64,000 bases of DNA, from positions 62,001-126,000 of the forward strand of contig LSRY02000019.1 of assembly GCA_001643675.2 (NCBI GenBank), written 5' to 3'. This DNA is from Monocercomonoides exilis PA203 (lineage: Eukaryota; Protista; Preaxostyla). The notes under the pieces are model-generated. The model worked only from the letters and a program-made list of their open reading frames with translations, ran no database searches and was not told the DNA's origin. Of the stretch, positions 33,706 to 44,248 are shown piece by piece. Each line of letters opens with the position of its first letter. Position 1 is the first letter of the stretch. Both the position numbers and the translations under genes were made by a program.

Positions 33706-35541
33706 TCATTCATTTCTAATATCATTAATTGGTCTATAATTTTTCCTCTTTCGATCTCTGATGCATCTCACTGAAGTACCAAGAGTATAAAGAAGAATAG
33801 AAAGACTGACAATTCCAGCACAGATAATTGAAATGATTGTAATAAATAAAGATTGCTTTTCGACAGGACGATTGCCATCCCAATCAGCTTGGATCCACCC
33901 AAATTTATAGGATTCTGCAAGTCCCTTATGTGCAAAGGGCAAATCTTTGCTGAGTCCAGAAATAGAAACTGGGGGAAGTTGATGAGAAGTTGTAGGCCCA
34001 GCAATCATTAAGAAGTTCTTTGAATCCTTCATCATGAAAGCAGATGTGATCTTAGCATCAATAGCTCCATAGGGTTTTGGTGGAAGAAAGTTATCGGCCT
34101 CTGCTGTTTCTGTTCTGTTTCTGAGATCGTGCCGAGAGGCAATGCTTGTTCCTGGGTCTTTTCCAATGCTTGGCAGGATGCTTTCCTCGTCTGCGAGATA
34201 ATCGTTGTATCGAATCGCCCATTTGGCTGTGTTGAGGTCGTGTACCTTGCGCGACACTTTTTGCATCACTTTCTTCCGCCTCGACTCTGAAGGCGAATAG
34301 AACAAAGCAGAATTCGACTGCTTTTCAAGAAAGTCTGTGAAACCCAGTTCATTTCTGATTGACTCATGTGGCGGAACACCAAAAAGCATAATGCTCTCTT
34401 CCTCTCTTAACTGCTTGCTGACGTCTTCAACGATCACAGATAAAGGTGATGCCTCAACGCGAAATACTGCTCCATCTTTAAGTGTCTTTTTTGGTTCAAA
34501 ATGAGAATAATCAACAATAAGCCATTCACCATTCCGGGTTCCGCTTGATTCTGTATTCAGAGCTTCCGAAAAGATATCCCCTGGATTTCTGCCTTCTCCA
34601 TTTTGCTCGCCGATTTTCATTATTCCGATCATCGCCCGCATCCAACAGGGCAATGCTTTGCTTTTCATCAAATTCAAAGCATCTGAAGATAATACAGGAA
34701 GTGCAACACCAGATATGCACACATGATCCCCAACAATGTAGAAATCATCTAAAGAATGAAGCAATCCGGGATAACTTGTGAACGATACGCTGGATGTCTT
34801 TCCATTTGCTAATGGAAAATGGATGCATTTGTGGATTTTTGTCAAAGCTGAATATGTGAACCAAGTATTGTGCATAACATATAGCTCTTCATTCCGCTTC
34901 CGTAGTTTAACAATAGAAGTTCCCTGATCTCGTCTGCTGAGTAAATCACAGCAATTGCTTTTTTCATTTAAGCATGGCCAGGGCTGATACCTTCTAATTA
35001 TATCGTTGAGATCTCCAATGTTTTCCAGAAACCAAAAATCTTTTTCGGTCAACTTTGCAGAGCCAGTGTCTTTCTGAGTATATCCATCTATTAAGCCAGA
35101 GAACTGATTCCATAGCATTTCTACTTGCTTGTTAACTTCTGTGCTTTGCTCATTTTTAAAAAAATCTTGAACATAGTTCTTTGATTCATCCAAAAAATTA
35201 AGAACATCCTGGTTTAAAGCATTATCTTGTGAAAGTGTGGAGAGGTAATAATGAATATTTCCATGAAAAGAGTCAATGAGAGATGATGTAAAGTATCCTT
35301 CAGCAACACCAATTGCATGATACGTCTGCTCGTCTGCAGTCTTTGAATTTACAAATATTTCCAGTTTGTTCCATCCAGATAAAAGCATGGTGTCTTTGTA
35401 TCTTGCTGTCACAAGTGCATCATTAAGTTTTCCGCTATTTACAACATATTTATTATTCAAAAAGGAAACAGAAATCCAATTATCAGAATAAAAGCTATTT
35501 ATTAATATGTTTATCAAAAAGTAATGAATTATTTTTATCAT
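33706..35541 (-). CDS. Phospholipase B-like (PLBD1/2, Ntn-hydrolase) protein with a C-terminal TM anchor; probably catalytically degenerate
   Basis: Family motifs GWNKLEI, HNTWFTY, FTSYPGLLHSLDDFY, IRYNDY, IASRHDL, GAIDAKIT and AGPT; N-terminal signal-like segment; hydrophobic C-terminal segment. Confidence 0.85.
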   Translation of the reverse strand: MIKIIHYFLINILINSFYSDNWISVSFLNNKYVVNSGKLNDALVTARYKDTMLLSGWNKLEIFVNSKTADEQTYHAIGVAEGYFTSSLIDSFHGNIHYYLSTLSQDNALNQDVLNFLDESKNYVQDFFKNEQSTEVNKQVEMLWNQFSGLIDGYTQKDTGSAKLTEKDFWFLENIGDLNDIIRRYQPWPCLNEKSNCCDLLSRRDQGTSIVKLRKRNEELYVMHNTWFTYSALTKIHKCIHFPLANGKTSSVSFTSYPGLLHSLDDFYIVGDHVCISGVALPVLSSDALNLMKSKALPCWMRAMIGIMKIGEQNGEGRNPGDIFSEALNTESSGTRNGEWLIVDYSHFEPKKTLKDGAVFRVEASPLSVIVEDVSKQLREEESIMLFGVPPHESIRNELGFTDFLEKQSNSALFYSPSESRRKKVMQKVSRKVHDLNTAKWAIRYNDYLADEESILPSIGKDPGTSIASRHDLRNRTETAEADNFLPPKPYGAIDAKITSAFMMKDSKNFLMIAGPTTSHQLPPVSISGLSKDLPFAHKGLAESYKFGWIQADWDGNRPVEKQSLFITIISIICAGIVSLSILLYTLGTSVRCIRDRKRKNYRPINDIRNE

Positions 35542-35805
35542 TTCTTATTAAATATGTATGAGTATTCAAAGAGTATTCATAATAAAAGTTTGATGGTGGG
35601 CTTTGATCTGACAAATAAAAAAATCAATAAAAGTACTTAACCATCTTATTTATAAAAGCTAATCAATTAAAATTGAAAATATTGATTTCATTCAAACAAA
35701 TTATTTTAAAAAATAACTGAAAAAACTGTTAAAACTAAACTGAAAATTTTGAATAAAATTTAACAATTCAATGAAACAAATTACAATTTGCAAAAGCATA
35801 GTTAG

Positions 35806-38800
35806 CTAAGGATTAATTGTAAGTCTCGAAAGCATTTGGAAGGGTAGAGGATGTGGAGAAGGAGGGATAAAAACGTGTGTTTGGGGTGTTTGTACATTGT
35901 TATTTGCTTGTTCATCTCTTTTCTGTATAGATGTGCTTTTAATTGGAGAAAGTGAATGAGAAGAAGAAGGAAACCTCCGAAGAGGAGAAGTCGGAGGTGT
36001 CTGTTGCACGTCAAATGGAATCTGCTGACTGGAAAGTGGATCATCCACTTGCATTCTGTGCTTTTTGTATTCATCTTCATCTTCTCTTTCCTTTTCGGTC
36101 ATTCCTTTCTCATTTCTTCTCTCTCCACTCTCTTTAATCCCTTCTTCGGTGTGTCTATCATCATAACCAGGTGTGGCAATAGCAGATGAACCAGCAGTAT
36201 TAAAAGCATTAGAAGCAATAGAAGAAGAAGCATTATTATTAGTATTACTATTATTAGAAGCAGAACTGAATGTTCTGGGCGGAGTGAGTGAATAAACAGA
36301 AGCAGCGACAAGTGCCTGTGGAGGGATGAGAGAGACAGCAGAAGAGGACGACTGGATGGTGGCTGTGTGATGAGGAGAAGAGAAATCACTGGACTGAGAG
36401 AAGGGAGATGTGGAGAGAGAGAAATGGGAGTTTGGAGTGGAAAATGGAGATAATGAAGAGGAAGAGGAAGAAGAAGAGGAGGAAGAAGATAAAGAAGTAA
36501 TTGAAGAAGAAGAAGAAGAAATGTTAGCTGATTTTTTGGTTTGCATGGAATTGTTCTTGTTTTGGGTCAATGTTAGCAGAAGTGATTCAGCAAATGAAAT
36601 TGAATGAGAAGTAGTCAAAAAGCGGGAGTTGTATGTGGCAAGAAGAATGGGGCGTGGATAAGAAGGATGAGACACTTTGATCCTGAATGAATAAGATATT
36701 AGATAAATATAAAAAAGAATGTTATAAAAAGAAGAAGAATAAATAAATAAATAAATGTGCAAAGAAAACAAATGGAAAAGAAAGAAAAGAAAGTAATCAC
36801 AAAATATACAATGAATACAATAAATGCAATCATAATAGCAATAAACATTATTTCCATCCAATATATTCACACACCAAGGCGGATACACAACAACATATGC
36901 CCCGTCCTTCAGCTCTCCTCTTCCCCCCAAGTCCATCTGAAACAGCGCATCCACAAAGAAGCTGTCATCCTCCAATGTTTGCCCTTCCTCTTTCATTTCA
37001 TCTCCTTCTTGTTCTTTTTCTCTGTTTTTACTTTCTTTTCCTTCACTTTCTCCATTTCTCCATTTCTTATTTGATCTTTCTGTCTCATCCATCGGCATTT
37101 TCCCTTCCTTCCCCATCATTTTCCTTCCTTCCTTCTTCATCTTCATCTTCATCCTTTCCTTCTTCTCCTTCTTCTCCTTCTCCCTCCTCTCCTTCCTCTC
37201 CCTCCTCTCCTTCTCCTTCTTCCTCTTCTCCTTCTCTCTTGCTCTAAGTGCCACTTTTATTCTCTGCTCTGTCAAAGGAAGGGCATGACACACCGCCACA
37301 ATCAGCTTCATCTCAGCTGTGTCTGAAAATACAGACAGGAGAAGAGGAGGCTGGGGATAGAAGACAGAAGGCGTTGGGTGAGAAATTTGAGAGGAAAAAG
37401 AAGGAGAGGAAGGAGAGGAAGAGGAAGAAGAAGAAGAAGAAGAAGAAGAAGAAGAAAGAGAAGGAGAAGAAGGAGAAGAAGATGATGATGATGATGGATT
37501 TAACATATTTTGTGAAGATTGGCTGAAAACAGAAGGAGAAGATGAGAACGTTTGGATATTTGCATACGAGTCGCTTGGATTGTGTACAGCAAAATGAAGA
37601 AAACTCTGCTTTTCTGCTTGTTTTGAGCTGAATGAGAGGTCGGGGAGAGGGAAAATGGCTGAAGAAAGAACGCTGCCAAAGAAAAGAGGAAGAGAACCAC
37701 CTGAAATTGATGAACGGAGATAAGAAGAGGAAGAAGAGGAAGAAGAGGAAGAAGAGGAAGAGGAAGGATTTGATGGAGATAAGTCATTCATTAATGCTTC
37801 ACTATAGTTTTTATTGCTTCTCTGTTCTCCAAATAATACGTTCTTCTTGTCTGCTTCTTCATTGTGAGGAGAAGACGCAGAAGAAACAAGCGCTGTTGTT
37901 GATGATTTTGACAAAGGGGACAGAATATTTGGCTCTTGAACAGATGGAAATGGGGAGAATAGCTCAGACTCAGGAAGAGATTGCACATCGCTCTCACTTT
38001 CAAGCAAAGAGACTCCGTTTGGCACTTTCATGAATGAAGAAGAAGAAGAAGAAGAAGAAGATATTGATAATTGCATTGATGATGAATCATTATTGAATGT
38101 ATTCTGTTTTTCTCCTTTCATTTTTTGGCAAGATGGACTTTTAGCTCCAAAACTGCTGTTTTCTGCAGTAAATACAAGTGTTCCTGATGTTTCTTGATTT
38201 TGATGCTTCTCTTTCATTCTCTTCGATTCTTTGCCTTTCATCTCAAAATCTTCACTTTCGCTTTCGCTTTCTCTTTCTCTTTCGTTTTCTTCTGATTTTG
38301 ATCGGCTGCGTTTCTGTTTTCTTAATCTTTCTCTTTCTTTTGCCTCTTCTTCTTCTTCTTCTTCTCCTTCTCCTTCTCCTTCTCCTTCTTCTTTCTGTTG
38401 TCCATCTATTATTATACTCCCTTCTTTTTCTTTCTCTTCGTCAATTCCATAGCCCCTTCTAGGTGTTCTAAAGTTATCCCTTTTATCTCTCTTATCCCCT
38501 TTCCCTCCTCTTCTTTCTCTCTCATAATAATACTCCTCTTCTTCCTCTTCTTCATCTTCCTCCTCTTCTTCCTCTTCCCATTCACTCTCTTCATCCATCG
38601 AGTCTTCATCCTGTTCTCTTCCTTCAGCTGAGTTCAGCCATATCTCAAACAGCGTCGTGTCGTGTCTGATTGAAGGCAGCAGCGCTTGCAATCGACTTGT
38701 CAAATCTCCTTTGCGAAGGAGCGGGCGAGAAGAAGGGTCAGAGAGAAATGTGTGTGGCTTGAAGGAGATAGAGGAAGAAGAAAGGGAAGAAGAAAGAGAA

Positions 38801-41043
38801 GAAGAAGGAGAGCCAGAGGAAGAATACTGTGAGGAAGAATATTGAGACCCAAAAGTGGAAAGAGAAGACGACGAAACCGACGGCGAGAAGAAAGGTGAGG
38901 GCGTCTGAAGAGAGGCAGAGCCCAATCCACTGTGTGAAGAAGACTTCGAATAAGTCAGCGGCTGTGTGCGAAAGGAGGTGTGAAGCAGAGAGCCAAAGAG
39001 AGAAGCCTTCTGGTTAGGCGTGGTGAGTGTGTGAGAGGACAATAGAGGAGCAGAAGGAGAAGTGGTGTGGACATCGAATCTGCCGTCAGTGAATGAGGAA
39101 TATTGAGATTGTGGTTGTTGTTGCTGCTGCTGCTGCTGTTGTTGTTGTTCTGATTGAGTCTGCAGATGTTGATATTGCTGATGCTGCTGTTGATGATTCT
39201 GTTGTTGTTGTTGTTGTTGCCATTGCTGTCTGTCCAAATCAGCTGCAAACTGCGAAAACGTCGTTTTTGGGTGGCTGAGCTGTGGGTGTGCTTCGTCTGA
39301 AAGCGATGAAGAGGATAAACGCGAATGGAATGGACGATGAAAGACCGAGTCGTCCAAATCATCGACTTCTAATTCTTCTTCTTGCGAGCATTGCCTTCCA
39401 AAAGAAGAAGAAGAAGAAGAAGAAGTTATAGCAGAAATGGAAGAAAGAGAAGAATTTGTAGAAGAAGAAGATAAAGTTGATGCAGCTGTTCTTTTTGTTT
39501 TCTCTTCAACTTCATTACTTTCCATTTCAATGCTCATCCTTTCGTTCAATTCATCCATTGGCTTTTCCAAAGAAGATTTCTTTTCTGCTTCTCCTTCTTC
39601 TGCTTCATCTGTCAGATCAACAATCATTTTGTCATTGAATGATGGATTAATCGTTGTATGGATAAAAGGTGATGATAAAAAGGGGTTCTTTTGTACACTA
39701 GATTCGCTTAAAGAAGGAAAAGTAGCTGAAGATGAAGAAGAAGAAGAAGATGATGATGATGAAGCGAAACCAGATGGGGAATTAGTTGGAACATCGTGTT
39801 CAGAATACACCCCCATCAATGGATTGCGCAATGGAGTGTGTGGAAATGGATGATGCCCTGGTGAAACGATATCGTCTGACAAAGGAGGACTAAGAGGTGT
39901 TTGTGATTTGACAGCACGTTTTGGTGACAGTTGATTTCTTGCGCTTTCAACATTTTTATTGTATTGATTGTTTTCTGAGTTAGTGTTGTCTGATGTATTG
40001 ATCAAATGCTGTGGTTGGAGATTCAGCCTTTGTTCATTGCTCTCATCCTTCTCTTTGCTGTCCTCGGAAATGATGTCTTTCTCTTCATTGTCCGTTTGCT
40101 GCTTTTTTGTTTTGGGGATTTGCAAAGGCTCTTCTCCTCTTTTCTTTCTCATTTCATTAATCATTTCCTTCAGAACATTCAAATTGCCCTTTTTAGGTGA
40201 TGGTCTGTGAATTGCGAATGTTGGAGATTTCACTATAGGCTCGCACGCTTCAAATGGCTCCTGCGTTTGTACATTTATCTCTGAATTTTGTGGTGTTGAA
40301 ATTTTTCCATCAATAAATATTGATGGAGATGATGCAGAAGTCGATTGTTGAAGATGAGCATCTGCACGCTCGTTTTCCATTTGAGCTTTTAATTCTGTTT
40401 CTTGACCTAAAACTTTCAAATCTGTAAATTGTGATAATGAGGTTTCTTCGATGAAACTTTGTTGAATGTTTGATTGTCCTGAATCTGTTGTTTGCTTATT
40501 GCCAGCTTTTGATAAAACCGGTTCATAAACGCCAATAGAACTTGCTCCAAGTCCATATTTTCCTTTTATTGACTTTCTCATATGTAATGGGGGACTTGAA
40601 GCACCATGAGGAGACGAAGATTCGCATCTTTTCTGCTTTGAGGAAAAATCATCATTTTTTTCAACTGTTTCCAATCCTATTCGCTTTGGCGAAGTAATTA
40701 TTATGTCTTCATTATCTTCATATTGATGTATATGATGCAAAGACGTAATTTGTTCAGAAGATGTTTTCTCACCAGTAACAAGATTCAACGTAGAATATTT
40801 ATTCAAAATTGGAGAGGACCTATATCCTATTAACGATTGAGAACGAAACGATGCTTTAGAACCTTCCTGATTTTGTGTAAAAGTTGTTGGAGAAAAGCGA
40901 AGCGTTTTTTGAGGGGATTTTGTTTGAGAAATTTTAGAACGGACCAGTGGCTGGGTTTGAGTTTGTAGCTTTATCAAACCCTGAAAAGGTTTATCAAATA
41001 ACTTTGGGCTACTTTGATAATGGTGAGGTGAATCAGAATTCAT
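35806..41043 (-). CDS. Large low-complexity protein with a SPIDR-like (DUF4502-type) domain split by insertions; in-frame intron 36683-36874
   Basis: LRKGDLTSRLQALL, LLLSVFSDTAEMKLIVAVC and, after splicing, VDALFQ...GAYVVVYPPWIKVSHPSYPRPILLATY. The F/Y/I-rich stretch of the ORF is a 192-nt GT-AG intron. Confidence 0.6.
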   Translation of the reverse strand: MNSDSPHHYQSSPKLFDKPFQGLIKLQTQTQPLVRSKISQTKSPQKTLRFSPTTFTQNQEGSKASFRSQSLIGYRSSPILNKYSTLNLVTGEKTSSEQITSLHHIHQYEDNEDIIITSPKRIGLETVEKNDDFSSKQKRCESSSPHGASSPPLHMRKSIKGKYGLGASSIGVYEPVLSKAGNKQTTDSGQSNIQQSFIEETSLSQFTDLKVLGQETELKAQMENERADAHLQQSTSASSPSIFIDGKISTPQNSEINVQTQEPFEACEPIVKSPTFAIHRPSPKKGNLNVLKEMINEMRKKRGEEPLQIPKTKKQQTDNEEKDIISEDSKEKDESNEQRLNLQPQHLINTSDNTNSENNQYNKNVESARNQLSPKRAVKSQTPLSPPLSDDIVSPGHHPFPHTPLRNPLMGVYSEHDVPTNSPSGFASSSSSSSSSSSSATFPSLSESSVQKNPFLSSPFIHTTINPSFNDKMIVDLTDEAEEGEAEKKSSLEKPMDELNERMSIEMESNEVEEKTKRTAASTLSSSSTNSSLSSISAITSSSSSSSFGRQCSQEEELEVDDLDDSVFHRPFHSRLSSSSLSDEAHPQLSHPKTTFSQFAADLDRQQWQQQQQQQNHQQQHQQYQHLQTQSEQQQQQQQQQQQPQSQYSSFTDGRFDVHTTSPSAPLLSSHTLTTPNQKASLFGSLLHTSFRTQPLTYSKSSSHSGLGSASLQTPSPFFSPSVSSSSLSTFGSQYSSSQYSSSGSPSSSLSSSLSSSSISFKPHTFLSDPSSRPLLRKGDLTSRLQALLPSIRHDTTLFEIWLNSAEGREQDEDSMDEESEWEEEEEEEDEEEEEEEYYYERERRGGKGDKRDKRDNFRTPRRGYGIDEEKEKEGSIIIDGQQKEEGEGEGEGEEEEEEEAKERERLRKQKRSRSKSEENERERESESESEDFEMKGKESKRMKEKHQNQETSGTLVFTAENSSFGAKSPSCQKMKGEKQNTFNNDSSSMQLSISSSSSSSSSFMKVPNGVSLLESESDVQSLPESELFSPFPSVQEPNILSPLSKSSTTALVSSASSPHNEEADKKNVLFGEQRSNKNYSEALMNDLSPSNPSSSSSSSSSSSSSSYLRSSISGGSLPLFFGSVLSSAIFPLPDLSFSSKQAEKQSFLHFAVHNPSDSYANIQTFSSSPSVFSQSSQNMLNPSSSSSSSPSSPSLSSSSSSSSSSSSSSPSSPSFSSQISHPTPSVFYPQPPLLLSVFSDTAEMKLIVAVCHALPLTEQRIKVALRAREKEKRKKEKERRERKERREKEKKEKKERMKMKMKKEGRKMMGKEGKMPMDETERSNKKWRNGESEGKESKNREKEQEGDEMKEEGQTLEDDSFFVDALFQMDLGGRGELKDGAYVVVYPPWCVNILDGNNVYCYYDCIYCIHCIFCDYFLFFLFHLFSLHIYLFIYSSSFYNILFYIYLISYSFRIKVSHPSYPRPILLATYNSRFLTTSHSISFAESLLLTLTQNKNNSMQTKKSANISSSSSSITSLSSSSSSSSSSSSLSPFSTPNSHFSLSTSPFSQSSDFSSPHHTATIQSSSSAVSLIPPQALVAASVYSLTPPRTFSSASNNSNTNNNASSSIASNAFNTAGSSAIATPGYDDRHTEEGIKESGERRNEKGMTEKEREDEDEYKKHRMQVDDPLSSQQIPFDVQQTPPTSPLRRFPSSSHSLSPIKSTSIQKRDEQANNNVQTPQTHVFIPPSPHPLPFQMLSRLTINP

Positions 41044-41288
41044 ATCTATAATTAATTATGGTTATGTTCTTTTTTTCATTTCACAAAAATATTTTTTTGT
41101 CTTTATATCGATGTCAATTTTTAATGAAACTATTATTTGAACAGATTCAATTCAAAAAGATAATTCATTGAAAATCTTATTATTCTAGGATGATCTCATT
41201 GGAAGTTGATATTTGAAAGTATTTTTTGACTGAAATTTACATTTTTTCACTGTTTTATAATTTGACATTGATTTTAATGATTTAGGGA

Positions 41289-43047
41289 ATGATATCGCTT
41301 TTATCTCCAAAGAGTCCACGTCGTTCGAATTGGGAGCAAGGTATATTTTTTGAATTTTCATATTTTTTATGATTGTTTTTCTGTTTGATTCGTATATTTT
41401 TGCTTTATTTTAAAACTACATTTTCTTTTTCTTTTTTAAATTGCTTTATAATCAGATTTTACTCCAGTTTCTCCAAGGACAAGAGGTCGGAAATCACCAC
41501 GTTTAAATGAAGTTCCATCTCCTTCTCAATCGAAGCAAGTGCAATCACCCGAAACGAAACCATATTTTTCACCTTCATCTTCAAAGTCTTCTGGCTCAAC
41601 AAACTTTTTGACGCAAACTCATAATTTTGCACCTTATTCTCGACAATCTCCAAATTCTTCACGGATTCCCCTTCCTGTTCAGTCATCTCCTCATAACATT
41701 CCTGAATCTCCTCCAACTGTTGTTCTACCTTCCCAGCCAAAGCCTCAGCATGAAGATTTGTTTATGGCAGATCATCCTTCAACAAACCCATCTCCTTTAA
41801 GTTCAAGAACATTCAATGATGATGAGGCCAGTTTTTCCCCTTCACCCATTTCCTCAACTTTCTCTAACAATCGACCAAGTAGTTATTCTCATGATTTTCT
41901 TAAATCTTCTTCAATTTCAAACAGCCAAAATCTTTCTCAAAGTTTAGGAAATCAGAAGCGTTTGAAATCATCTCCGAATTTCGATCGATTTTCTTCTTCA
42001 CATGCATTAAGCACTTCACATTCTCCATCTCCTGCAAAGACATCTTCGTTTGGATCTTCATTAAACTTGCCTAAAAAGAGTTCATCTACCTCATCTCCAC
42101 ACCCTGAAACAGAGCTTATCGCCTCGCCAAGTCGCCAAGCAGAAATAAGACCCCACATTTCAATGGAGCTTCCTTCGCAGCATTCGTCACCGCCTCGAAT
42201 GATGTTTGTCGTTCAAAACAAACTCTGGTCTGACGAGGAAATGAAAGAAGCAGAGGAAAAAGTGAAACAGGGAAGTGCATATGGACAGAGTGAAACAGAA
42301 GAACCTGAGCCTTACAGCAGCATTCAGCCCAGCATGTTTCTTATCGAAGATGCATTGAATGGGAAAACTATTCCAACCGAGCGAAACCGCACTTTTGGAG
42401 GATCAAAGACCGAAAAAGAAGAGCTGGATCTGGATGATGATGGAATAGATGAGTCAAATCAGATTAAAAGAACAAACGTGAAAGAGGAAGGAGACAGTTT
42501 GTTGGGAGATGACATTCCAGTTTTTGAGGAACGAAAAATGGAAAAGAGAACAGCAGATGAAAAACAGGCGAATGAAGAGGAACTGCCTGATCTTGGAGGC
42601 GACGATGCAGATGACGATAGAATTCTTGGGGAGAGAGAAGAGCTGCCTCCGCTGGACACTCCCCCTCTGCCTCAGCAAGCAGCACGCACTTCAGTCACAC
42701 ACTCAGCCGACCTGCCGTCGTCCAAGCCTTCTTCTGCGTCTGACAGTTTTGCTTCACACACAGCCCCGATGAGCTTAACAGGAACGTCTTCTTCTCTTTC
42801 AAAGCAAGCAACACCAAACAATCAGTCGCAAAGAACATATCATCAGTCCCAGCCGTTGACTCCGTTGCCAAATTCTCTTCCTGACCCGTTGCCTCAGAAA
42901 TGCGCTCCTCTTCCCCTTCCATGCTCTCCTCCGATTGTCGACCGCCTCGAACATCACATAACACATAATTCCATTGATGTTTTCGAGAAACCACCAAGTT
43001 TATTTCCACTAACTTCACAAGTTGCACAAAGTTTTTCAACAGCTTAA
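41289..43047 (+). CDS. Hypothetical Ser/Pro-rich disordered protein, 2 exons
   Basis: ATG at 41289 (MISLLSPKSPRRSNWEQ), intron ~41341-41455, in frame with the 502-aa ORF; many SP motifs. Confidence 0.7.
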
Positions 43048-43508
43048 CTTTCTAATTTTTGAAATTCTCATATTGTTTTTTGTTAAATACTTTTTTCTTT
43101 TTTGATTATTTCATTCAAAATTATTCAAAATAAGAATTTTCGCTTTAAAATATATTTGCTTTAATTTGAAAAGAAACATATCATTACGAATTAATTTGCA
43201 TTAACAAATATGGTCAGTTTTTTCACTTGTTAGAAAAAAAATTATTTTGAATTTTGAAACAATCAAAAAAAAAAAAAAAAAAAAAACTATAAATGATACA
43301 AAAAATTTTTTTGAAGGATATGTGAATCAATCAAACTAACTTATATACATATTTATGAATTATTGTTATGTATGTTGCTTTATATAGCTATTTAATCTCA
43401 ATTTAAATTGTGAACATTTTCAAAGCGAAATAATGAATGATCATTCATCTTTTAAATGAAATTATATATATTGATCAATATTTCCTCAATAAATTGCTTC
43501 ATTTCTTG

Positions 43509-43922
43509 ATGGTTCGCACAAAACAAGTTGCTCACAAAACCACAGTTATTAAAGTGCCTCGAAAGCAATTGGCAACTAAGGTTGCTCGCAAAACTATTTC
43601 ATCTCAAGCTGGAATTAAAAAGCCACATCGTTATCGCCCTGGAACTGTTGCGTTGCGAGAAATCAGAAAATACCAAAAAAGTACTGAATTACTCATTCGA
43701 AAGCTTCCATTCCAAAGACTTGTTAGGGAAATAACTCAAGATTTCAAAACAGATTTGCGTTTTCAATCAAATGCCCTTCATGCTCTTCAAGAAGCTTGCG
43801 AAGCTTATCTTGTGGGATTATTCGAGGACACAAATCTCTGCGCAATTCATGCAAAGCGTGTCACAATTATGCCAAAGGATATGCAACTCGCTCGTAGAAT
43901 AAGAGGAGAAAGAATGATTTGA
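43509..43922 (+). CDS. H3: Histone H3, divergent-tail variant
   Basis: [12 protein letters not shown]...[38 protein letters not shown]...[21 protein letters not shown]. The true start is the ATG at 43509, not 43437. Confidence 0.97.
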   Translation: MVRTKQVAHKTTVIKVPRKQLATKVARKTISSQAGIKKPHRYRPGTVALREIRKYQKSTELLIRKLPFQRLVREITQDFKTDLRFQSNALHALQEACEAYLVGLFEDTNLCAIHAKRVTIMPKDMQLARRIRGERMI

Positions 43923-44248
43923 CTTTTTCATTTTTATTTAATTTTTTTTGACTTCATTTGTATTCTTTTCTTTATCATTATATTTTTTTCATCATTTAAA
44001 TTTGATTTACTTATTGTTCTATTTAATTTTAATCTCATAAATATATTATAAAGAAGGCTATCCTCGATATTGATTTTTCTGAAATGAAAAAATAAAGGTT
44101 TACTACTTTCTTTGAGAAAAGATGTAGGTCTGTGAAATGGAATTTTTGAGAACTTATTAATTCCAAGGTTCAAAGGTGCTAAAGCAGAAAACAAAAGAAT
44201 TTGATAAAGAAATGATCAAAAAACAAAAATATTTTATTTTTTCATTTG

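Noticed and set aside
43437-43508. 24-aa N-terminal extension on histone H3 in the ORF track
   Set aside because: AT-rich upstream sequence; the ATG at 43509 aligns with the canonical H3 start.
22558-43922. Apparent functional clustering (SAXO-like with stathmin-like; PZP reader with H3 variant)
   Set aside because: The genes are 9-14 kb apart with unrelated genes in between, so there is no evidence beyond chance in a eukaryotic genome.
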